64,000 nt of DNA from the NCBI RefSeq assembly GCF_009914755.1, contig NC_060935.1; one strand, written 5' to 3'. This stretch comes from the human T2T-CHM13v2.0 reference genome, Homo sapiens. The position numbers were made by a program, and so were the translations under genes. Numbering within the stretch: position 1 is the first letter of the stretch; each line of letters starts with the position of its first letter. The notes under the pieces are model-generated. The model worked only from the letters and a program-made list of their open reading frames with translations. It did no database searches and was not told where the DNA came from. Positions 26,480-39,914 of the stretch are shown here, one piece after another.

Positions 26480-26865
26480 TCCTTCCTCAGAATCTTTGCT
26501 CTCTTTTTTCCTTCTTCTCAAAACAATTCTCTCCAAATAGCTGCACAATTTGTTTCATTTTATCCGAGTTTCTGCTACAATATCCTCTCATCAGAAAGGC
26601 TTTCTCCAATCATCCTTCGGAAAAGAGTACAGCTGACCCCAACTCAGCCTCGTTCACTTCATTTCTCTTTGCCCAGTTTTATTTTTATTGAAAGTAATTG
26701 GTATTAACTAACATTGACTTGTTATTGCATTCACCTACCCCATAAGAATGAGCAGGGATTTTGTAGGATTGTCCACAATATATTCCCAAGCTTCCAAAGA
26801 GTTCATTAAAAAATAAGTGCTCGATGAATATTTTCAGACAAATGAGTAAGTGAATAAATGGACAA
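26480..26865 (+). mobile_element. L2 3' fragment
   Basis: 'tcctctcatcagaaaggctttctcc...agcagggattttgt...aagtgctcgatgaatatttt..aaatgagtaagtgaataaatg'. Confidence 0.55.
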
Positions 26866-26937
26866 ATACTTCTAAGAGTATGGCTGTAAAAAGGGGAGTT
26901 AGGAAATTAATCTAATTTCTTTTAGGGGTTGGATCAT

Positions 26938-27288
26938 GAGAAACCTTATCTTGCACCACATATAAATATCAACCCAAAATGGATTCAAAATTTAAAACCT
27001 CAAACTGTGAGATTAATAGAAAAAAAGATAAAGGGTAAAAGCTCCATCACATTAGTCCGGGCATTATTTTTTTGTGTGTTTGTTTATTAGCCCAAAAGCA
27101 CAGGCAACAGAAGCTAAACTAGACAAATTAAGTTGCAAACTACAAAGCTTCTGAACACGAAAAGAAAAAGTTATCAGTGAAAAAAAACACCCATGGATTG
27201 AGAGAAAAGATGTGAAAACTATATATCTGATCAGGTGCTTCATTTCTTCCTTATCCAAAATGTGTAAGGAACTCACATAACTCAACAA

Positions 27289-27346
<58 letters not shown>

Positions 27347-28045
27347 AAAAGGCTTGATAGACACTTCTCAAAACAAGACATACAGATGGCCAACAAGTAT
27401 ATAAAAAATATTCAACATCATTAACAATCATGAAAATGTAATAAAATATCAACTAGCATCTGTTAGAATGAGTATTATCAAAATACAAAAATGACCAATA
27501 TTGGTAATAATGTGGAGAAAAGATAATCCTTGTAAACTGTTGGTAGAAATGTAAATTAGGGCAGTCATAATTAAAAACAGTGTGGAGATTCCTCAAAAAA
27601 CTAAAAACAGAATTATCATACATTCCAACAATGTTGCTTCTGGGCGTATGTCCAAAAAAATCTAAATCAATATGTTGAAGAGATATCTGCACTTCCATTT
27701 TTATTGCAGCATTATTCACCATAGCCAAGATGTGAGAGCAACTTAAGTATTGATCAATGGATGACTAGAGGAAGAAAAGTTTATGTATTTAGTAGTATAT
27801 TCAGTCATAAAAAATAAGGAAATTTGGTGACAACATTGATATACCTAGAAACATTATGCTAAATAAAATAAGCCAGGCACAGAAAGTTAAATACCACATG
27901 ATCTCACTTACACGTGGATTCTAAAAAAAAGTCAGACTCATAGAAGTAGAGAGTAGAATGATGGCTACCGGGATCTGGAAGTAGGGGTGGGGATAAAAAG
28001 GAGATTTTGGTCAAAAGATACAATTATTCAGACTATATTAGAGTG
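26938..28045 (+). mobile_element. L1MA-type 3' region containing an A51 homopolymer (27290-27340)
   Basis: ORF2 end and 3'UTR 'gccaggcacagaaag..aaataccacatgatctcacttac...catagaagtagagagtagaatgatggctacc'. Confidence 0.8.
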
Positions 28046-29094
28046 AATATCTTTACATAGAGGACAAGAACTAAAAGATTATGAATATTATAGAATGGAA
28101 AAATAAATATCACAAGCAATGATGATATGACAATGACAACAACCAAAAGCTATCAAAAGTGAAAAACAGAATAAGAAAGAATTTGGCAGATGGAATACAT
28201 CCACCCATCTTCTCATCTCATAGGAAATTTCTATCAGAAAGTATTTAAGGTTGACAGCATTCCATGTATATTTTGAAAAGGAAAAAAATTAACCACTAGA
28301 ACCAACAAGAATAATACAACCTAAAAAATTCTAGAATGACAACAAAAAGACACATAAGTATCCTTTTTGAATATTTTTCTTAGCCTGGAATTAACTGATA
28401 AAGTTAAAAAATGCATGATTAACCACTTGAAGAGATAAAAACATATTATAAAGTTATCAAGGGAATATATACCTTTACATAACTCCACAAAACATAAAAA
28501 AATTTACACTGTGTAGCCATTAAATTTTTTAAAGCATTAAATGATAACCTAAAGTTGATAACTACACTATGGTTATGTAAGAAAATATTCCTTTTCTTAG
28601 GAAATACATAAGAAAGTATTTAGGGATAAACAACCATAATAAATATAATACATGTAACCTACATTTAAATGCTTTTGTATGTGTGATAATATACATGTAC
28701 ATGGGAGTAGTGGCAAAGGAAATGGAAAATATTAACAGGAATCTGAGCAAAAAGTATATGCGTGTTCTTTGCATTATTTAAATTTATCTATCTATTCTAT
28801 ATTATTTCTCTAAGGTTAAGAATATTGCCATATAAAAAGTTTTAGGGAAAAGCACTTGAAAGCGAACATCATTTTTAAAAGAAAAGAGAAAACTGAGACA
28901 AAACACATTTCTAATGTGGTTGTTGCAAAATTAGTTTTTTATTACAGAGAACCAGAAAGTAAATATTTATCAATAAGGGGCAGGTCAAACAAATAGTCAA
29001 GGAGAAACAGCTATGTGTTTTTTTGTCAAATAATAGCCAATAAAATTCTTAAGAAAGCAAAAAGTGGCGCAATGTGTACAGTAAACTCTCATTT

Positions 29095-31058
29095 GTTTTC
29101 TTTTTACTTTCTAACTTTTATTTTAGTTTCAAGGGGTACGGGTGCAGGTTTGTTATCCTGGTAAATTACATGTCATGGATGTTTGGTGTACAGACAATTT
29201 TGTCACCCAGATAATCAGCATAATATTTGATACGTAATGTTTTAATCCTTACCCTCCTCCTACCTTCCACCATAAAATAGGCCCCAGTGTCTACTGTTCC
29301 CTTCTTTATGTCCATGTGTAGTCAGTGTTTAGATCCCACTTACACATGAGAACATGTGGTATTTGGTTTTCTGTTCCTGAATTAATTTGCTTACGATAAT
29401 GGCCTCCAGCTCCATCCATGTTGCTGCGAAGAACATATCATTTATTATGGCTGTGTAGTATTTTGTGGTGTGTAATACCAAATTTTTAAAATCCAGTCCA
29501 CCATTAATGGACATCTAGGTTGATTCGATATCTCTGCTATTGTGAATAGTGCTACAATAAACATATGCACGTGTGTGTCTTTATGGTAGAACAATTCACA
29601 TTCCTTTGGGTATATAATCAGTAGTGGGATATCTGGGTCGAATGGTAGTTCCATTTTACATTATTTGAGAAAGCTTCAGACTGCTTTTCACAGTGCTGAA
29701 CTAATTTACATTCCCACCAGCTGTGTGTAAGTGTTCCCTTTTCTCCACAACCTTGTCAGCATTTGTTACTTTCTTTTTAATAACAGCTATTTTGACTGGT
29801 GTGAGATGGTATCACATTGTCGTTTTGATTTGCGATTCCCTAATGATTAGTGATATTTAGCACTTTTTCATATGTTTGTTTGTCACATGTATGCCTTCTT
29901 TTGAAAAGTGTCTGTTTATGTCCTTTGCCCACTTTTTAAATGGGATTTTTTGTTTGTTTGTTTGGTTGTCAATTTAAGTTTCTTATAGATTCTGGATATT
30001 AGACCTTTGTTGGATACATAGTTTGTGAATATTTTCTCCCTTTCTATAGGCTGTCTGTTTACACTGTTGACAGTTTCTTTTGCTTGTGCAGAAACTCTTT
30101 GACTTAATTAGGTCTTGCTTGTCAATATTTGTTTTTTTGTTTTTTTTTTTTTTTTTTTTTTTTGGCCTTTTGGCTAAGATCAAGTGTAGTATCTACTCTT
30201 ATCAGTTTGTTGTAATTGCTTTTGGAATCTTCATCACGAAGTCTTTGCCCAGGTTGATGTCAAAAATGTTATTTCCTAGGTTTTCTTCTTGGATTTGTAT
30301 AGTTTGAGGTTTTATATTTAAGTCTTTAATCCATATCTGAGTTGATTTTTTATATTCTGAAATGTAGGGGTCTAGTTTTAATCTTCTGCATATGGCTAGC
30401 CAGTTATCCCAGCACCATTTATTGAACAGTCCTTTCCTTATTCCTTATTATTTTTGGCTTTGTTGAGATCAGGTGATTCTAGGTGTGTGGCTTTATTTCT
30501 GGTTTCTCTAACCTATTCCATTTGCTTATGTGTCTGTTTTTTGTATCAGTAGCACATTGTTTTAGTTACTATTGCCTTGTTGTATAGTTTGAGTCAGGTA
30601 ATGTGATGCCTCCAGCTTTGTTCTTTTTACTTAGAATTGCTTTGGCCATTTGAGCTCTTTTTTGGTTCCAAATACATTTTAGAATTTTTTTCTAATTCTG
30701 TGAAAAATGTCACTTGTAGCTTGATAGGAATTGCACTGAATCTGTAAATAGCTTTGGGCAGTATGGTCATTTTAACAATATTATTCTTTCTATCCATGAG
30801 CATGGAATGCCTTAGCATTCATTTGTGTAGTCTCTGATTACTTTCAGTAGCATTTTGCAATTCTTATTGTAAAGATCTTTCACCTCCCTGGTTAGCTGTA
30901 TTTCTAGGTATTTTATTTTTTTGTGGCTATTGTGAATGGCACTGCATTCTTAGTTTGGCTGTCAACTTAGATGTCATTGGTGTTTAGAAATGCTACTGAT
31001 TTTTGCACATTGATTTTGTATCCTGAAAGTGCTGAAGTTGTTTACCAGATCTAGTAGC
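29095..31058 (-). mobile_element. L1PA13-15-age 3' fragment (about 2 kb), host of the U2 insertion
   Basis: 3'UTR 'ggggtacgggtgcaggtttgttat..ggtaaattacatgtcatggatgtttggtgtacaga' and degenerate ORF2 peptides at 29445-29654 and 30627-30818. Confidence 0.9.
30164..30208 (+). pseudogene. U2 snRNA fragment (nt 11-55) retrocopy
   Basis: GGCCTTTTGGCTAAGATCAAGTGTAGTATCTacTCTTATCAGTTT is 43/45 identical to U2 as I recall it and includes the branch-point pairing sequence GTAGTA; preceded by T24. Confidence 0.92.
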
Positions 31059-33192
31059 ATACAAAATATGAGCGTACTTAACATCTTGGGAACACCTTGT
31101 TATCAACACAATTCAAATTGAGACAGAAAAATTTCCCTTTTGGGTAATCATATCCCTGAATTCCTTCTACTTTTGTATATATTTGTCTCAGCATCACGGG
31201 ATGAACAGCACCAAAACAAAGCTACCAGAATGGTGGGCACTCATCTTTTAGATACAGATATTACCAGGAGTAAGACTTCATTGGCATAACTGTTTTAGAT
31301 GTTAACTTTAAGCAGGACTTTTAAGGAAGTATCTATACAAAATAATCAAGGTTCATAATAGTACTTCAAAGAAAATAAATATTGGTTTCTAATAATTATG
31401 TGATGAAAACAAGATTCACAATGTATGGTTTCATTTTAAGATGAAATGAACTATAATTAAGATTAATGCTTTCTTTTACAACTTCAAATGAATATTACTC
31501 ATAAAATTAAAAGATCATACCTCCATAAATATTAAAGCCTATCATAGAATTGGTAGCAATTAATATTAGCTTTTTTCTTAGTCTCTCTATATAGTAAACA
31601 AACCAGTTATTTTCTCCCTATTGTGCAAAGCCAAATAGTCAATGTAATTTATTTCAGATTGAGCACTTTTTAGAAAATAACTCAAATATATTCAAAGTTA
31701 ATACTTTGAAGAATCATAGGAATATAAAAGAAAAATGTTAAATTCTTGCACTTTTTACCATTAGAGAGTTCTAATACAATAAAAATTGCTTTCTTTTTAA
31801 CCTGTAAGAGAATAATAATGTGCAGAAAAAGTTAAGATGTTTTTGTTATGCAGGCAATAGTTGTGCTTCAGACTGGAATCTTTTTGAATGTATGTCATTT
31901 TCCTTTTAAAGAGAAATGAGAAAGAAAAAAGAACACTGTGAAATGAATAAAACGTCCCAGTTGCTTTCAACTGATACATTTTTTATACAGGAACTTCTAA
32001 GCAATCACACTGTTGTCATTATAAAGTTTTTTTTGGGTGGTTGGATATTTTTCCTTCACTCGTCTTCATCCTCTAGTAGACCCAGTAAAGTTAACTACAG
32101 AGATCTCAGGGGAATGGTACTTATAAATAGAGAGGCATATATCTCCTCTGAAGGCAGTTGTGTCTCAGCAATTTTCTTCTCATGGCCAAATTAGCTAGTC
32201 TCCATCCATTGATAAGGATAATACATAATAAAAACAAAAAATGCGAAAAGAATTATTGAAATCTCATTTTTTTCTGCTACACAAAAATGGAGCTATAGCA
32301 CTCAGTGTAAACCAAACAATCTGAAAATATTCTGTGCAATACCTGTATGTGGTCAGAGTCTCCTTTGGCCTCAATCCCCTCCTCCACTCCTCTTCTTCTT
32401 TCCGCTGTCACTTCCCTTTATTTCCATAGCAAGTATTGGTGAAATAGATCATTCAAGCATGCTATAACTTCAATGGAAGTCCACTCTCTCATTTGCATAA
32501 CTCTTCGGAATCTACACATGCACATACACTTATACATGTTTCTATATGCAAAAAAGTTCTCAAAAAATACAACATAAATTCTGTTTGGAATGGATAGGAA
32601 GCTTATCTTGTTTACATTTCCTAGTGTACTATTTGAATTTTGTACCATGTACAATCATACTGTATTATAAAAATACACTTTAAAATATAAAAATACTTTA
32701 ATGTAATAAGTTGTATGAAGTTTTTAATCAAATGAAAGGTATTTATATCAATGGATAGAAATCAGGATATAAAATAGCATGTACAGTATATCCATTCACA
32801 GAAAAGACTCACAACTTAGGACCAAAACTTCCATTTTATGAATGTCTTCTCCAAACTTGTAAATTCTCTTTACTGCCACCCTTTTGCAAAAACATAAGTA
32901 ATAATACTATTCTCCAACCACTGACCAAGAAGAAACTCATTTCTTTAAGCCAAAATATGAATATTGATATTCCCAGCAGTTTATTTGAATCAGATTTGTA
33001 TATTCTCCTGACCCACACACAGTCATTTAAAATGAAATGTGGTCACTTTCTCACTGGGCAGGGTCAGTGCATGATGCAACTGTTCCTCCCATTACTAGCA
33101 GAGAATAAGAAGGTTAAAATCAGCTCCTGACTAAATGACTGTCCCTAGATAAAGTATAGATGAAAACTATTTCCATTTGTTGCAATGATCAG

Positions 33193-33830
33193 TATAGCAA
33201 ACTCTGTTTGTGCCTCTCTCTTATCATTTCAGTGCACTTCAGTTCCATCTTCAACTGCTAACACCAAAGGTTTTTGTGTGTGGATTTGTGTGTGTGTGTG
33301 AGGATTTATCTTTCCGCCGCTTTTCTACCTGCCTAACAAGCTGGAAGTGGCAGAAAATGAACACTTTCCAGGAGCAACTGTCAACCAAAGACTGGCTTAT
33401 GTAAACATTTCTTGACTCAGGCTCTCTCAGGTGGGAATACTCTGATTCTTGTGTTTTATGCACTGGCACCCAGAGATCTCCAGCACTGGCAGTGCTCAGT
33501 TGACCACTGCAGTGATCTTCTCATTAACACTTTAAATAGTTCAATAAATAGCTGTATACTACATAGAATCCAAAAGGTAACCACTAGAAGAGATAAGAAC
33601 TGATTACCATGTTTCTAAATTATCAAATGGAATATACACCTTTATACCATCACTCCCAAAATAAATATAGGAAACTCTTCCAGAGAGTATTAATTTCTTT
33701 CCATTCATTATCTCACTTCTAACTTCCCTGTCAATGTTTTAGTTGCTTCCCAAATAAACTATTATCAACCAATGCTTGCACTTGAATCTTTTCCTCAAGG
33801 TTTGTTTCCTGGAAAACTCAAACTAAGATG
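33193..33830 (+). mobile_element. LTR16-type (ERVL) 5' LTR
   Basis: 'gagcaactgtcaaccaaagactg' and 3' end 'cttcccaaataaact...tgcacttgaatc...ggtttgtttcctggaaaactcaaactaagat', followed by internal sequence. Confidence 0.65.
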
Positions 33831-36067
33831 CCTCGTACCAGAGTGACCCTTAAGGTGCAGATTATTGGGATGTAATTCTGGAATCAAATTACTCACTGGA
33901 AAGATGGCAACAATACCCATTGCTGATGGAACAAAATGGTAATAACCATGGGCATGCCTTAGCATCTCAGTTACCAAGACTCACCTGCAGTGAATTGGGA
34001 TAGGGTACAAGTGAGAGATGTATGTTGACTTATGCAACATGAGAAATATGGGGAGCAACAATAATTATTAAACTATGAAATTAATTTACATTAAATGTCT
34101 TTAATATGCTCAATGATGAAAACAGACTCAAATAGGACAATTTTCAACTCAGGCATGGTGTCAAAGTCAGAAAGGCAATGTTCAAAAAACATTCATCTTC
34201 AATTAGAGACCAGACTGCATGAAAACTCTACCCAGACTGCATGAGAACTCAATCAGATTTGTATATTACAGATGTTATACATCTTGTACCAGGTTGCAAG
34301 AAGTAATAATAAAAAAGCTAAATTCAAAGCCTCTTTAGAGCCACAGAACTCTGACAGGGGAAAAGCTGAACACTGAGAATTGGGATTAAGACATCGGTGT
34401 GTATGTGCTTGAGATTTTCCAGTACGCTTGAAACCTTGAACCTGCAGAAGTAGTCCTGTTCCCTTTGCCAGAAGGCAGCAGCCTTCCTTTGCTTAGAGAG
34501 AATAAAGAGGCCTCACATGAGTCAGAGCATTCACAAGAGAGTAATTTCTTTTCTCAGGATGTAGTCTTTCTTCCCCTCATGGCTCTTAGACTTAGCAACC
34601 AGGGTCAAGGCTTAGAATGATGAGGTGTGATGACTAAGGAGAATTGGCTCTACTTTAAGAGGAAAATGATTACCCACCAGGAGTTCAAAGAATTGGCTAA
34701 AATGTGCCACAAGAACAAGGAGAACATATAAAAGCATATATTAATATCTTGAGGGTAATTCTAGGACTGGGGAAATAAAAAGCTGAGTAGGGGAGAATTT
34801 TCTGACATAGGAGAACCTCAGTGACTCAGAAATTAGCTTGCAGGCAGGACACCAGAAGCTGATTCTAATGCACTGTTAGGATGGCTCTTTGAATTTTGGA
34901 AAAAATAACAGCATGCAGTAAAAGAGGTAGGGATGCCATTATTGCCATGCAGAGTGTTGAAGAAAAGGCCCAAATGCTCAAAGAGGTAGAGATGCTTAAA
35001 AAGGATTTATTACACAAGACCAAAGAAGCTACAGATGCATGTATACCTGAGAAGACCCAAAGGACACTTTTTCCACTAAAGCAATAAAGATAAGCACTAG
35101 AGAGCCACCAGCTTGGTGAAAAGCTCAGTCGTTTGAGATGCTGCTATGGATCTAGGCTTCCTGGAGTCACTGGAGATGATAGGATTCCAGAACACTTGAA
35201 TTGGAAATTAATGCCACCACTAAAGACATAAAAAATGTAGCAGCAGTTGTCTCTTTTCCCTCTCTATTTAATTCATCAGCCTGGACCCTGAAGACCCCTA
35301 TGTTTTCTAGAGAATGAATATAGACTGCCTCGAGTTCAGCCAAGTAGTAGCCCCAATAGCAGTGTTATACTAAACACAGAATCATTTAAAAGGTCTCCAG
35401 TATATGATACAGTCAGTGATTTGGGGAATGAATTATTTTCTGTTGCGGTTAGAAAAGAGGATCAGAAATGACTTACATTCATGTGAGATGAACGATACTG
35501 TATTCACTTTCAATTATGTCTCAAGACTATGTTAGTTTTCCTGCCCAAGGAAATATAGAATGAAGATATTGTCCACCTAAGCATTTCTCAAAACATCATA
35601 CTGATTTATTACATTGATAACATCATAATGACAGAGCAAGTTACACAAGTTGTTACTAGAATATTGGAGATCTTGGTAAAGCACATGTGCTACAGGGGGT
35701 ATGAGATAAACCATATTAAGATTTGGGAATTTGGACACTTAGGGAAAGCTTTTGCAGGTTCAGTGCTTAGGGGAATACTAGAATAACTCCTTTGAAGTGA
35801 AGATCACAGAGGCAGTGTCTTGGTAGGACCCTGGGTTTTGGAAGCAACACATTCCATAGCTAAGAATATTGTTCCAGCCGCTATACCAAGTGACACAAAG
35901 GCTGCTAGTGTTAACTGGAATCTGCTGCAGGAAAGGGCTCTGCAGCAGATCCCAGTTGCAGTCCAAGCAGCCCTGCCACTTGAGCCACGTGATGTACAAC
36001 AGATGTTATGATGTTGAAGGTTGCAGTAGTGGGAAAAGAAGCAGTGTGGAGCTTATTACAAGACTCA
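33831..36067 (+). mobile_element. Degenerate ERVL (HERV16-like) internal gag/pol
   Basis: RT remnants: FNS..W near 35265, DLGN..FS...KEDQK near 35420-35470, YIDNI near 35608, ALQQI..AVQAALPL near 35936-35980. Confidence 0.7.
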
Positions 36068-36780
36068 GTGGGAATCTGCCGTTTGACATTTGAATGCATT
36101 CTTAAGTAAATGTGTTTATATTATACATCATTCTAATGGACATGTCTCACTTTATGTTTTTTTTGCTAATGACTTATTACTTGCCATTTATTTTATATTT
36201 ATTTTAGACTGTGGAAATGATGTTAGACAAAAAGCAAATTTGAATGATTATCTTATTCGAGTTCAAAATGGGTTGTAAAGCAGCAGAGACAACTCTCAAC
36301 ACCAGCAATGCATTTGGCCCAGGAACTGCTAACAGATGTACAGTGCAGCAGTGGTTCAAGAAGTTTTGCAAAGGAGACAAGAGCCTTGAAGATAAGGAGC
36401 ATAATGGCCGGCAATCAGAAGTTGGCAATTACCAAATGAGAGCAATCATCAATGCTGATCTTACAACTACACAAGAAGTTGCCAAAAAGCTTGATGTCAA
36501 CCATTCTACAGTCATTGAGCATTTGAAGCAGATTGGAAAGGTAAACAAGCTCAATACATGGGTGCCTCATGAGCTGAGCAAAAATTTTTTAAAAATGTCT
36601 TTTTGAAGTGTTGTCTTCTCTTGCTCTACACAATAACAAACCATTTCCCAATCGGATTGTGAGGTGCAACAAAAAGTGGATTTTATATGTCAATCGGCAA
36701 TGACCAGCTCAGTGGTTGGACTGAGAAGAAGCTCTAAAGTGCTTCCCAAAACCAAACTTGCACCAAAAAAAGGTCATGGT

Positions 36781-37328
36781 TGACAGAGCAGGAGCACCAT
36801 TATCTCAGACAAACACTGCTACTTTAAGTTCCAGCTCCCTTTCTAGCTTCACAGATTCCAAGGAATCACTTTCTCTTCTAACTACAAGCAGCCAGAAAAG
36901 AGCAGACAGTAAAACACAGATAACACAGCTCAGGTGCAGAGGAGGGTGGGGAGGAAGTCTCTTGGGTAACTGCCAAACTTCACGCTCATACAATGGGGCC
37001 CCAGTAATAAGCACATTCCTTTCCTTTCAGGTCCACTAAGATAGGGAAGCTAAAGGCAGACTCGGGCGAGGTGCTTGCAGCTGCAGAAAGGTGTATGGGA
37101 ACTGACACACAACTTTCCCTCCCAGATAAGCACAACAAAGAGACACAGAAGCAGTCCAAGCCTCTAATAAACTCTCCCACACTGAATCCTTAAAAACTCT
37201 TAGTCTGTAAGAGAGTGCAGCTTTTGACCTAACTCAGCCTGAAGTCCCTCCCATGTTTGTTTTCCGAAATAAACCATTAACTGTCAAGCCACCCTTTGTG
37301 TTTCTCTCCTCTTTATTTAATTCTTACT
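36781..37328 (+). mobile_element. ERV1 solo LTR (LTR19-like) inside HSMAR1
   Basis: Starts TGACAGAGCAGGAGCA; AATAAA near 37268; TSD ATGGT at 36776-36780 and 37329-37333. Confidence 0.75.
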
Positions 37329-37708
37329 ATGGTTGCTGTTATGTGGTCTGCCACCAGTCAGATCCACTACAGCTTTCTGAATCCTGGTGAAACCACTACA
37401 TGCTGAGAAATATGCTCAGCAAATCAATGAGATGCAGTGAAAACTGCAATGCCTGCAGCTGGCACTGGTCAACAAAAAGGACCCAATTCTTCTCCACAAC
37501 AATGCCAAACACATGTTGTACAACCAATGCTTCAAAACTTGAATGAATTGGGCTACAAAGTTTTGCCTCATCCCCTATATTCACCTGAGCTCTCACCAAT
37601 CAACTACCACTTCTTCGAACATCTTGACAACTTTTCGCAGGAAAAACACTTCCACAACAAGCAGGTTGCAGAAAATGCTTTCCAAGAGTTTATTGAATCT
37701 CAAAGCAG

Positions 37709-38003
<295 letters not shown>

Positions 38004-38697
38004 AAAGCACAGATTTTTATGCTACAGGAATAAACAAACTTATTTCTCGTTGGCAAAAATATGTTAATTGCAATGTTTCCTATTTTGATTAATGAGGTTG
38101 TGTTTGGGCCTAGTTATAATAATTCAAAATTCACAGTTCAAAACCACAATTACTTTTGCACCATCCTAAATATATATTTTTAGCAATTTGCATTCTCATT
38201 TTTATGAATTGCCTATTCATGAGTTGGCCCATTTATCTTTGTTTTTCTCTTTGATGGACTGTGAATTTGGGCATGTTCTTTGGATATTAGGGATATTGAT
38301 TGCTTAGCACAGGTACACAACTATTTTCTCTCATTTTATTATTTGTCTTTTAACATTGTATGTAGTGCTTTGATCTTTTCTTTATAACTTTTCATTTTTA
38401 TATCTGGGTTCAAAAGTATTCACACACTCAAGATTTTTCAAATGTTCACTTACATTTTCTTCTTGTATATTTTTATATTTATATTCTCAGTCCATCTTTA
38501 TATTTATTTTGAGATTCTCATTATGTCACAGAAAATAAGACTGAGGCAGAAAAATATTTTAAAGCTTATCCATTTTTAAATAATCTATGACCTGTCAGAA
38601 TCAGTACTCACGTGCAGCTTCTGGTTCTCAGTCCAGTTTTGTTTTTATTACATATTTTGCACCAACATCTATGCTACAACACAAATAGAATTCTCTT

Positions 38698-39650
38698 TTA
38701 CCTACCTATAATAAATTTTTTCCTCTCAATTTTTCTTCTGAATGCATCTTTCACCTCCTTATTCCTCAAGCTGTAAATAAGGGGGTTAACCATGGGGATT
38801 ACCACAGTATAAAATAGAGAAATCACTTTATAGATACCCAGGGAGGAACTTGAACTTGGCCGAACATAAATCAAGAAAAGAGTCCCATACAGGATGGAGA
38901 CAGCCGCAAGGTGAGAAAAACAGGTGAAGAAAGCTTTTTGCTTCCCATCAGCAGTCTGGATCTTCAAGATGGTCATCAGGATGCAAATATAGGAGACCAT
39001 GATGATCAGACCACTGAGTACTCCTATAGCTCCAGCCAAGACAAACAGCACAAAGTTATTCACCCAGGTGTCTGCACATGCTAGGGAAAGCAGTGGAAAA
39101 ATATCACAGAAAAAGTGATTGATAATATTTGAACCACAAAAGGGTAAGCAAAAGTGAAAATTGTATGAGTCATGGTGCTTATAAGAGCCATGGCATAAGG
39201 CCCTACCACCAGCTGCATACAGACCTGCTGAGACATAATGAGCGTATACAACAAGGGCTTGCAGATGGCCACATACCGGTCATATGCCATGGCAGCCAGG
39301 AGAAAACACTCAGCTGCCTCAAAGAGACCAAAGAACCACATCTGTGCAGCACAACCCAGAAAAGTGATGTCTTTTTTCTCTGCAAAGATATTACACAGCA
39401 TCTTAGGCACAACAGAAGAAGAGGAACAAATATCTACAAAGGACAAGTGCCTAAGAAAAAAGTACATAGGAGTGTGGAGTCTGGGATCAATCCATATGAG
39501 AGTGATCATCCCCAAGTTACCTCCCAGGGTGATAAGATAAACAAAGAGAAACATGAAGAAGAGAACAATCTTCTGATAGGGATGATCTGTGAGGCCCAAT
39601 AAGAGAAATTCAGTCACTACTGTATGGTTCTTATCTTCCATTGGTTCCAT
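38698..39650 (-). pseudogene. OR5G3: Olfactory receptor 5G3-like gene, frameshifted allele (single-base deletion)
   Basis: All canonical OR motifs are intact ([54 protein letters not shown]). The only lesion is the A4 run at 39150-39153 (T4 on the coding strand); one more base restores [18 protein letters not shown]. Splice acceptor lies near 39665. Confidence 0.9.
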
Positions 39651-39914
39651 TGGTTCATTGTAATCTGTCATAAGAAAGAGGAATTATTTTTATTACAAAG
39701 GAAATCAATGATTAATAGCTACAAATAGTATTTGAAGCTAATGATAGATTATTTTAAACAGGGTTATAAGAGACAATTGTGAAATAGTGTTGGTCTGGGA
39801 GATACTCCTAGATACTAGATGTGAGCAGTTGTGCAAAGATCCTGTGTAAATGTGAACAATTTACTCTTTACCTCTTTGGATCCTATACACTCTCCCACCA
39901 AGAGCCATCCAATT

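Noticed and set aside
39150-39153. Rescue of OR5G3 by programmed frameshifting or slippage
   Set aside because: The run is only 4 nt, and I see no canonical slippery heptamer or stimulatory structure.
39129-39602. 157-aa plus-strand ORF (and similar ORFs at 21487-21847)
   Set aside because: These are antisense shadows of OR coding sequence with no independent gene features.
39651-39671. Extended N-terminus MTDYNEP of OR5G3
   Set aside because: The ATG lies within the polypyrimidine/AG acceptor and is probably intronic.
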